The position numbers and the translations under genes are program-made. Shown piece after piece: positions 27,755-34,928 of a stretch of 64,000 nucleotides of DNA (positions are counted from its first letter, which is position 1; each line of letters starts with the position of its first letter). Under the pieces are notes generated by a model. That model saw nothing but the letters and a program-made list of their open reading frames with translations, made no database searches and was not told the origin of the DNA. This stretch comes from Candidatus Eiseniibacteriota bacterium (lineage in GTDB: Bacteria; Eisenbacteria; RBG-16-71-46; CAIMUX01; VGJL01): NCBI GenBank assembly GCA_016867495.1, contig VGJL01000001.1, positions 7,421 to 71,420 of the forward strand, in the 5' to 3' direction.

Positions 27755-28702
27755 CTACTGCGTTGTGAGTACGTCCGAGATGAGGAAGAGATTCAGGATA
27801 TCCCGTGACAGCCCGAGGACCTCTCGTGTCGCGAGCCATGCGGCACCGCTTCCCCGCCGCCGCTGCGAAGGCACGCCGATGGCGTCTCCGGGCTGCACGA
27901 TGAAGTCCGACCAGCCGGCCTCCAGGTATCGATCGAGATCGACTTCCGCAACGAAGCTCTTCCCCTGCGCGTCGCGTCCGACAACCCGGACGCGCCCGAG
28001 ATCGGCCGCCGGCCCGGGCCCCCCGGCAAGGCTGAGCACTTTGACAAGATCCAGCCCGGTTCCGACGGAATAGGCTCCGGGTCTGGCCACCTCGCCAATG
28101 ACATAGGCAGCCCGGCTAAGCTCTCCCCAGGGGCCGCCAACCGCTGGGACATAGATCACATCGCCCGGCATGAGCGGCGGCAGAGATCCGAAGTCGCCTG
28201 ATTGGAGCGCGCTCGTCAGGTCAACCGTGAGGACGGTTTGCTGGTCTGCGACCTTCCGGAAGACCTGGACGCGGCCCAGATCGGCAGTGGCGCCCAACCC
28301 CCCTGCCGCCCCGAGAGCCTCGATGATCCCCGGTATCTGCTCGAAACTGTATCGCCCGGGAGCCGTCACAGCCCCGGAGACCGTGATGCGGCGGCTGTTG
28401 AAAGCCTGCATCTCGACCGTCACCTGCGCGGGTCCGCGCAAGAGATCGGTCAGACGTTCCTCGAGGTGTCTGGCCAGTCCGGCCGGCGAGTAGCCGGCAG
28501 CTTGCACGTCGCCTAGCGGCGGGAATGTGATCTCGCCGCCGGCGCGAACGGTCACGGTGCGGCTGAGGTCGGGCCTTTCCCAGACAGAGATCATGAGCAC
28601 ATCCTCAACATCCAGGATGTAGTCGCTCTGGGTTTCTCCCTCTCCCGCGCCGGCGACCGTCGTCGCCAGCAGGCACAGCAACACGAGGATCCTCGCCATC
28701 AT
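27755..28702 (-). CDS. polysaccharide export protein (Wza-like; Poly_export/SLBB)
   Basis: A signal peptide is followed by the pattern ILDVEDVLMISVWERPDLS...GEITFPPLGDVQAAG and a repeated SLBB-like (V/I)YVP motif. An ATGA overlap links it to the upstream gene. Confidence 0.8.
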   Translation of the reverse strand: MMARILVLLCLLATTVAGAGEGETQSDYILDVEDVLMISVWERPDLSRTVTVRAGGEITFPPLGDVQAAGYSPAGLARHLEERLTDLLRGPAQVTVEMQAFNSRRITVSGAVTAPGRYSFEQIPGIIEALGAAGGLGATADLGRVQVFRKVADQQTVLTVDLTSALQSGDFGSLPPLMPGDVIYVPAVGGPWGELSRAAYVIGEVARPGAYSVGTGLDLVKVLSLAGGPGPAADLGRVRVVGRDAQGKSFVAEVDLDRYLEAGWSDFIVQPGDAIGVPSQRRRGSGAAWLATREVLGLSRDILNLFLISDVLTTQ

Positions 28703-31278
28703 GCCTTCCTAGCCTCCTTCCCGCCGTCCCTTGCGGGAGCCGCGTAGGGAACGTCCCGCACATCGAGCCCGCTGCCGTTGCTGCGCGGTCTGAGCAGTCT
28801 CGGCAAAGCAAGCCTTAGAGCATCGATGTCCAGCCGCCAGTTCCGGTGCTGGCCGTAGTATCGATCGTAGTTTGGAACCTCTTCCCCCGCCCCCCCGACA
28901 AGCTGCGCCGGCCCGGTCAGGCCCGGCCGTTGCGCGAAGCACCAGGCGCTCACCCGGGACTGCTTCCATGTGTCGCTCTCGATCAAGTGGCAAGAGGGGC
29001 CCACCAGACTCATATCTCCCTTCAGGACCGACCACAGATAGAGGAGTCGATCGACGCGCGCAGCCTCGAACCACCTCCTCAGATGGCGAACCGCGGATCC
29101 GCCGCCGGCGGGCTCCTCGAACTCCAGAGCATATGTCACGAAGGGGCGTCCCGGGAGCGAGTGCTTGCGCCGATCGTCGTATCTGCGATCGATGTGGACC
29201 CCGGCCGGCGCCAGTCTTCGGTCGCGCGTTCGCCGGTTCATTCCGATCCTGTCTTCTCGCCTGAAAACGACGCGTCCCGGGCCCAGAAGGGCCATGAGGC
29301 CGTAAGCGAACGCCGCGGGAGCCGCCAGGATCGCCAGACCGAGGCCGGCAGCGAGCATGTCGAGCAGCCGCTTGCCCGGAGCGCTGTCGGAGGCGGCATG
29401 GGGCTCGGCGGGCGCATCATAGGCGACGCGCTCGGGCTCCTGCGGCAACGGTTCCGGTTCCTGCGTGACGTACTCAGGCACCATGCCCATCATCGCCTCG
29501 CGAATGGCGTCCGGCGGCGCCTCTCTGGCCAAGTCGATCAGATCCTGAACCCGGCGTTCAACCAGGTCGGGATCGACGTTTTCGAGCTCACACCGCAGGA
29601 TCTTCGCGTGGCGCGTCGTCCGCGTGGTCTCCTCAGCCGTCAGGATCTCCTCGGAGAGCTTCTCCCCGGGGCGGAGGCCTATGAACTCCACCTGGATGTC
29701 GTGATCCGGCCTGAGTCCGCTCAGCCGGATCAGCTGCTTCGCGATATCGAGGATCCTGACCTGCTTTCCCATGTCGAGGATGAAGACGTCCCCCGACTGG
29801 CCGAGCAGGATCGCCTGGATCACGAGCTGACTCGCCTCCGGAATGGTCATGAAGTACCGCCGGGCCTCGGGGTGCGTCACTGTGAGCGGCCCCCCGCGGG
29901 CCAGCTGTCGCCTGAAGATCGGGAGCACGCTCCCATCCGAGCCGATCACGTTCCCGAATCTCACAGCGACCATCGTCGTCTTGGATCGCGAGGCCATGGC
30001 CTGCAAGAGCATCTCGCACGCCCGCTTCGATGCCCCCATCACGCTCGTCGGATGGACTGCCTTGTCGGTCGAGATCAAGGCCAGCGTCTCCACTCCTGAC
30101 GCCTCCGCCGCGAGGGCTACGTTTCGCGTCCCCAGCAGGTTGTTCAAGATGGCCTCGCGCGGACTGGTCTCTAGGAGGTTCACATGCTTGTGCGCGGCCG
30201 CGTGCAGCACGAGGTTCGGCCTCTGGGCCAGCATGAGCGCGCGCATGCCGCTCTCGTCCTTGATGTCTCCCACAACGTGGAGAAGGTCCAGCTTGCGATG
30301 TGTCTCCTTGAGCTCGAGACCCAGATAGGTCAGGCTGTTCTCGTTGTGGTCGAGCATCACGATCCGCTCGGGATCGAAGCGCGCGAGCTGCCGGCAGAGC
30401 TCCGATCCGATCGACCCTCCTGCACCGGTCACCAGGACAACGCGCCCCTCGATCGCCTGGCGTATCCCAGGCAGGTCGATCTCCACGGGTTCCCGCCCCA
30501 GGAGGTCCTCGATGCGGATCTCGCGGACTTGGTCAAGGGCCCCTCTCCCTTCGATGTAATCGGCCAGGGCGGGGACGGTCTGGCAGACAACCCCCTTCTC
30601 TATGCACACGCGGGCGACCTCGCCCACCAGCCTCCCCGGGGCGGAGGGGGCCGCGAGGATCACGGCGTCGATCCGTTCCTCCTCGAGGATTCGGGGAAGA
30701 TCGAACGTGGTGCCCAGCACCTCGATGTTCTCGACCCTGGCGTGGAGCTTGTCGCGGTCGTCGTCCAGGAAGCCGATGGGGCGACCGGCGAAGTTGACGG
30801 TCCGCGCGATCTCCCTCGCCACCATCGCCCCCACGTCCCCCGCGCCGACGATGAGAATCCGGCGGTCCTTTCTTGACACCCAGGGCATCGGATACCGGAG
30901 GAGCCTCCATGCGACGCGGACACCCATCACAAGGACGGCTGCCATGATCCAGGAGAGGACGATGACGCTTCTCGGCAGGGGTTGCGGCCGGATGAGTTGG
31001 TTCACTACGTAAAGGGCCAGGAATGCCAGCGTGAGCGCGTTCGCGATCGAGAGCGCCGTGGGGAGCCCCGCGTACCTCCAGAGGGTCCTGTGGACCTTGA
31101 AGAGATCCAGACAGAGGAGGCCGACCAGCACGGCCACGGCGGCTCCGAGCACAAGGCCGCCCTGGAACTGCTCCGGGATCCTCCCATCGAATCTGAGGAG
31201 GAGCGCGAGGTAGACGGAGGCGATAAGCAACACCCCGTCCATCAGATGAAGCAGGATGAGCCGGACAGGCTTGGGCAC
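28699..31278 (-). CDS. fusion of a membrane-anchored nucleotide-sugar 4,6-dehydratase (PglF/CapD/WbpM-like) and a C-terminal PglC-like phosphoglycosyl-transferase domain
   Basis: The N-terminus has 4 TM helices and a CoA-binding-like Rossmann (ILIVGAGDVGAM). The SDR dehydratase has VLVTGAGGSIGSEL, HAAAHKHV and STDKAV...GASKRACE. After a Pro/Glu-rich linker, the C-terminal 200 aa align with small monotopic PGTs (KRLLDMLAAGLGLAIL..., LKGDMSLVGP, RPGLTGPAQ, DRYY...LDI). A GTG start at 31278 is preceded by AAGGAGGA. The six-frame ORF is 5'-extended to 31674. Confidence 0.8.
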   Translation of the reverse strand: MPKPVRLILLHLMDGVLLIASVYLALLLRFDGRIPEQFQGGLVLGAAVAVLVGLLCLDLFKVHRTLWRYAGLPTALSIANALTLAFLALYVVNQLIRPQPLPRSVIVLSWIMAAVLVMGVRVAWRLLRYPMPWVSRKDRRILIVGAGDVGAMVAREIARTVNFAGRPIGFLDDDRDKLHARVENIEVLGTTFDLPRILEEERIDAVILAAPSAPGRLVGEVARVCIEKGVVCQTVPALADYIEGRGALDQVREIRIEDLLGREPVEIDLPGIRQAIEGRVVLVTGAGGSIGSELCRQLARFDPERIVMLDHNENSLTYLGLELKETHRKLDLLHVVGDIKDESGMRALMLAQRPNLVLHAAAHKHVNLLETSPREAILNNLLGTRNVALAAEASGVETLALISTDKAVHPTSVMGASKRACEMLLQAMASRSKTTMVAVRFGNVIGSDGSVLPIFRRQLARGGPLTVTHPEARRYFMTIPEASQLVIQAILLGQSGDVFILDMGKQVRILDIAKQLIRLSGLRPDHDIQVEFIGLRPGEKLSEEILTAEETTRTTRHAKILRCELENVDPDLVERRVQDLIDLAREAPPDAIREAMMGMVPEYVTQEPEPLPQEPERVAYDAPAEPHAASDSAPGKRLLDMLAAGLGLAILAAPAAFAYGLMALLGPGRVVFRREDRIGMNRRTRDRRLAPAGVHIDRRYDDRRKHSLPGRPFVTYALEFEEPAGGGSAVRHLRRWFEAARVDRLLYLWSVLKGDMSLVGPSCHLIESDTWKQSRVSAWCFAQRPGLTGPAQLVGGAGEEVPNYDRYYGQHRNWRLDIDALRLALPRLLRPRSNGSGLDVRDVPYAAPARDGGKEARKA

Positions 31279-31619
31279 TCTCGTTCCTCCTTGGTCGCCT
31301 CTTCCGCGGCGCCTCCAGCGCCGCCCGCGCCGCCAATGCCGCGGACCGCCACGGGGCCCACAACACGGGATTATCGGCGCAATCGCTTGCCGGGTCGAGC
31401 AATGGTGAGTTCCCGCCTGGCGCTTCGCCCGGAGAGCCGATCGACCCGATACTGGCCCCTGCGGGAGGCCGGCGGACCAGACGAGCCTTCCCTGGGCAAG
31501 CTGCTCGCCAAGAGCCCGCTCTCCATGGGCGCGACCCGGTTCACGGCGGCGTTGACACGGCCCGGCGGCACGGCGATTCTGGCCTCGCCCAGGGGCCATC
31601 GAGGCCCAAAGGAGGCGGA

Positions 31620-32414
31620 ATGAACGAGAGCTTATCGACCCCCGGCGACTCCGGGGCGCGGTCGTCCACTCCAATCCACCCCGACTCCGGCCCAGGCCCC
31701 CTCACCAGGTTCTTCCGGGCCCTCGGTCTCTCGCCCGGGGCCTACGGGCTGCCTTACCGCAGAAGCGACTGGCTCGTCCCGTTGCTCATCGTGCTCGTCC
31801 TCCACCTGGCCAGCGGCCTCGTCTTGCGGGACCTATTCGTCCAGGCGCAGATCGAGCAAGTTCGAACGATGCTCGAGTCGAATCAGCGCCTCTCCGCCGA
31901 ACAGAAAGAGGAAGCAATCGAGCAAATGACGGGGGGGGCTGCGGCCGACCGGATGGGCTGGGGAGCAGTCGCGGGGTCAGTCGTCATGCCGGTGATCGGA
32001 GCTCTTCTCGGCGCTGCCATCCTGCTCTTGATCCTGAACTTCGGCGCCGGAGGAAGCGTCCGTTACGGACCTCTCTGGTTTCTGATGACTCTCTCTCTCG
32101 CTCCCACAGCGATCCACACGGTTCTCTTCACGATCCTATCCCTCTCCCGCGGCAGCGTGGATGTGGCCTTCGGCCCGGCCGCCTTGTTGCCCACCGATGC
32201 CGGATGGATCAGGACCTTCCTGCAGACCTTCGACTTCTTCGGGTTCTTCTGGGTGTTCGCGACACAGTATGTCGGCGTGCCGGTCGTCACCGGAATGCGC
32301 CCCCAGAAGGCCCGAACGGGTCTTGTGATCCTCTGGGTCGCCTACATCCTCTTCGCACTCCTGGGGGCTTTCGCCTCCGGATGCGCGATGACGATGGGAG
32401 GCGGCGGCGCGTGA
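31620..32414 (+). CDS. hypothetical polytopic membrane protein (Yip1-like?)
   Basis: AAAGGAGG lies 5 nt upstream of the ATG. The N-terminal 60 aa are soluble and are followed by 5 TM helices. The family assignment is tentative. Confidence 0.4.
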   Translation: MNESLSTPGDSGARSSTPIHPDSGPGPLTRFFRALGLSPGAYGLPYRRSDWLVPLLIVLVLHLASGLVLRDLFVQAQIEQVRTMLESNQRLSAEQKEEAIEQMTGGAAADRMGWGAVAGSVVMPVIGALLGAAILLLILNFGAGGSVRYGPLWFLMTLSLAPTAIHTVLFTILSLSRGSVDVAFGPAALLPTDAGWIRTFLQTFDFFGFFWVFATQYVGVPVVTGMRPQKARTGLVILWVAYILFALLGAFASGCAMTMGGGGA

Positions 32415-32439
32415 TCGATTCCGAGAGGACCGCGGGGCC

Positions 32440-32973
32440 TCAGGCGTGCTTCTGGATCAGATGGAGCAGGTCCTCGTGGAGAGCGCTTCGCTCCGCCTCG
32501 TCCAAGGCCAGGAGGGTGATCTGACTCAAGGAGCAACCCTCCAGCAGCTCATCGATCAGGACCGAGAGGGCGGCCTGGACCGTCTCTCGCCTCGTCCCCT
32601 TTGCGGCTCCGTGGAGCGAGTGGATGAGGAGCTGCTTCCAGTGACGGACGGCCGCGACCTCCAGCGACCGGCTCATCGCCTTCGCCGCGGCGGCCGCATC
32701 GACGCGGAGGTCCTGTCCCATGACGGCCGCGTGGACGACGCCGGCCAAGGGGAGCGTTCCGGCCCCCGTCACAGTGACCTCCCCCATCGGAATGGGGCCC
32801 TGGCGGACCGCGGCAAGCTCGATCTCCTCCCCGCCAGCCTGCTTCAGAGCCAGGGCCGGACCGGCGGCCATCCAGAGGTAGTCGTTCGTGGGGAGGACCA
32901 GCCCCTGGGCCTCGGGCCATGGCTTGGAGGCCAGCTGAATCTCAATCCGCGTCTGGACCAAGTGGAATGACAA
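32440..32973 (-). CDS. macro-domain protein (ADP-ribose/O-acetyl-ADP-ribose processing)
   Basis: Macro-domain hallmarks are present: LVLPTNDYLWMAAGPALALKQAGG and GEVTVTGAG...AGVVHAAVMG. The size is 177 aa. Confidence 0.65.
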   Translation of the reverse strand: MSFHLVQTRIEIQLASKPWPEAQGLVLPTNDYLWMAAGPALALKQAGGEEIELAAVRQGPIPMGEVTVTGAGTLPLAGVVHAAVMGQDLRVDAAAAAKAMSRSLEVAAVRHWKQLLIHSLHGAAKGTRRETVQAALSVLIDELLEGCSLSQITLLALDEAERSALHEDLLHLIQKHA

Positions 32974-34244
32974 GTCGCAACCCCTCCACAGATGCCAACG
33001 AAGGCCTGACGACCGGGATCCACCCGCTTCTCGGCGCGCTGCTTGCGGGCGTCCTCGCCCTCATCATCTGGTCGCTCTACCGCGCGATCGGGATGCTCAT
33101 CCCGATCGTGGCCGCCGCGACTCTGCTGTGGCCGCAGCGCCGACAGGCTTGGGCGCGCGCCCTGCTCTGGCTCCTCGCGCTCCTGGCCGTGATCTGGATT
33201 CTCCACAAGGCCCGCATGGTTGTCTATCCCCTACTCGCCGGACTCTTGATCGCCTACTGGCTCGATCCGATCGTAGATCGACTGGAGCGCCGCCGCGTCA
33301 AGCGGAGCCTCGGCTCGCTGATCGCCCTGCTCCCGGCCATGGTCGTGGGGCTCCTCTTCGTCGTCTTCGCGCTTCCCCTTCTGATCGAGCAGCTCGGTCT
33401 CCTGATCGCGGCCATTCCTCGCATCTACGACTCGCTCTACGAGAGGCTCCGGCCCTGGGTCGAGACGGTGATCCCCTCTCAGGGAGCCGCGAGGTGGAAG
33501 GAGCTCCTGGTTCCGGCGGGGGCTCACATCGAGACGATCCTGCGCGGACTGTGGGGCGGAGCTTCCGGTCTGGGTCGGGGTATCGGCGCGTTCGTCGGAT
33601 TCCTCGGCATGCTTGTCCTCGCGCCGATTCTGACCTACTACCTCCTGGTCGACTTCGACCGGATCCGGATCTGGCTCCCCTCGCTCCTTCCCGAGCAGAG
33701 ACGGGCCTGGGCTTCGGAGGTCATGACCCTCTTCGAGCAGACGGTCAGCTCCTACTTCAGGGGACAGGTCCTCGTGGCGTTCTGCATCACGCTCCTGCTC
33801 ACCGCCGGCTTCCTCCTCATCCGCCTCCCGTACGCGGTGGTCCTCGGAGCGCTTGCCGGTCTCTTGAACCTCGTCCCGGTCATCGGATTCTGGACGAGCG
33901 CCGTCCTGTGCGCCGCCGCCGCCATCCTGAGCGGCGAGCCGGGCCCAATGCTCTTCCGACTGGCGATCGTTCTCTCCCTCGGGCAGGTGCTCGAGGCTCA
34001 GGTGCTGACCCCCCGGATCGTGGGTCGCGCCGTCGGCCTCAATCCCGTGATCATCTTGCTCTCGGTCCTGGTCTGCGGAGCGCTCCTCGGCCCCGTGGGA
34101 CTGATTCTCGCGGTGCCCGCGGCCGCCTTCGCGCGGGGTATGCTGCGGCGCCGCGCCGCGCGCAACAGCGCGCGATCCGACTCGCCGCAGTCGCCGCCTG
34201 CTAGGTTGGAATCGCCTCCTCGTCCGTCGCCCGGCGCTCCATGA
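32919..34244 (+). CDS. AI-2E family transporter (UPF0118/PerM-like)
   Basis: Eight TM helices are present, with the family's conserved C-terminal region (GQVLVAFCITLLLTAGFLLIRLPYAVVLGALAGLLNLVPVIG). An alternative ATG at 32967 is possible. With the 32919 start, the 5' ends of this gene and the macro gene overlap divergently. Confidence 0.75.
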   Translation: MAWRPAESQSASGPSGMTSRNPSTDANEGLTTGIHPLLGALLAGVLALIIWSLYRAIGMLIPIVAAATLLWPQRRQAWARALLWLLALLAVIWILHKARMVVYPLLAGLLIAYWLDPIVDRLERRRVKRSLGSLIALLPAMVVGLLFVVFALPLLIEQLGLLIAAIPRIYDSLYERLRPWVETVIPSQGAARWKELLVPAGAHIETILRGLWGGASGLGRGIGAFVGFLGMLVLAPILTYYLLVDFDRIRIWLPSLLPEQRRAWASEVMTLFEQTVSSYFRGQVLVAFCITLLLTAGFLLIRLPYAVVLGALAGLLNLVPVIGFWTSAVLCAAAAILSGEPGPMLFRLAIVLSLGQVLEAQVLTPRIVGRAVGLNPVIILLSVLVCGALLGPVGLILAVPAAAFARGMLRRRAARNSARSDSPQSPPARLESPPRPSPGAP

Positions 34245-34743
34245 CTCGGATCCACCCCTGCTCCATCTTGAGCCGCAGGGGCGCCGGCGCGAGACCTGAC
34301 ACGACCGCCCCAGCCGGTCCCAGCAGGGGAATGACGCGCGTCTCGCGCATCAGCTTTCCCTCGGGAGGCAGATAGGCCACGAGGAAGGAGGCGATCGCCG
34401 CGGAAAGGAAGAGTCCCCGAGCGAGCCCGAGAAGGCCGCCCAACCACCGATCCCCCGCGCCCCTGTCCTTGCCCCCCTGACCCCCCGCGGCCGCCCCGAG
34501 GAGTCGGAGCAGTGCGAAGGCCAGAAGCCCCACAAGCACCCCCGTCACGATCACGACCCCGGGGACACGCTGGATCGTCGCCGGAAGGCGGCTCAGCACC
34601 GGATGCGCCAGGTGCACTCCGAGAAGGACGCCCCCCAGCCAGGCGGCCAGGGAAAAGAGCGATTCGACGAAGCCGTTGCGAAAGCCCGCGACGAGGCTCA
34701 GCACGACAAGGATGACGAGACCCAGATCGGTGACCCCTACCAT
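34201..34743 (-). CDS. cvpA: CvpA family membrane protein
   Basis: The protein is 180 aa with 4 TM helices. The N-terminus (LGLVILVVLSLVAGFRNGFV) is typical of colicin V production protein CvpA. Confidence 0.65.
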   Translation of the reverse strand: MVGVTDLGLVILVVLSLVAGFRNGFVESLFSLAAWLGGVLLGVHLAHPVLSRLPATIQRVPGVVIVTGVLVGLLAFALLRLLGAAAGGQGGKDRGAGDRWLGGLLGLARGLFLSAAIASFLVAYLPPEGKLMRETRVIPLLGPAGAVVSGLAPAPLRLKMEQGWIRVMERRATDEEAIPT

Positions 34744-34872
34744 GGACCACTCCTCCGCCGTGAGGCGCGCGGCGTGGGCCGAATGTAGACCCCCGTCTCG
34801 CCCGACACAAGATCAGAGACTCATGGAAACGGCCCGACGGGCCGGAAGGCTTGCAAGCGCGGCCACCAAGCA

Positions 34873-34902
34873 GGAAGGCCGGGCGATCGCGCCCGGCCTT
34901 CC
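34873..34902. terminator. perfect 13-bp stem hairpin (GGAAGGCCGGGCG-ATCG-CGCCCGGCCTTCC) downstream of the pyrophosphatase gene
   Basis: The palindrome is seen directly in the sequence. It lies about 30 nt 3' of the minus-strand hppA stop at 34929. There is no strong U-tract. Confidence 0.45.
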
Positions 34903-34928
34903 TCTCGATCCGCGGCAGATGCCCTTCG

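Noticed and set aside
26183-27808. 541-aa plus-strand ORF antisense to the Wzc-like gene. Similar long antisense ORFs occur at 28846-30099, 34851-36617, 40637-42022, 44532-46274, 19153-20370 and 6538-7677.
   Set aside because: All are R/G/P/D-rich with no domain signatures. Each lies opposite a gene with clear family motifs. They are GC-driven open frames, not genes.
31279-31674. N-terminal 132-codon extension of the dehydratase-PGT ORF
   Set aside because: The extension is R/G-rich and non-hydrophobic. A GTG with a perfect AAGGAGGA Shine-Dalgarno at 31278 starts exactly at the first TM helix expected for PglF-like proteins.
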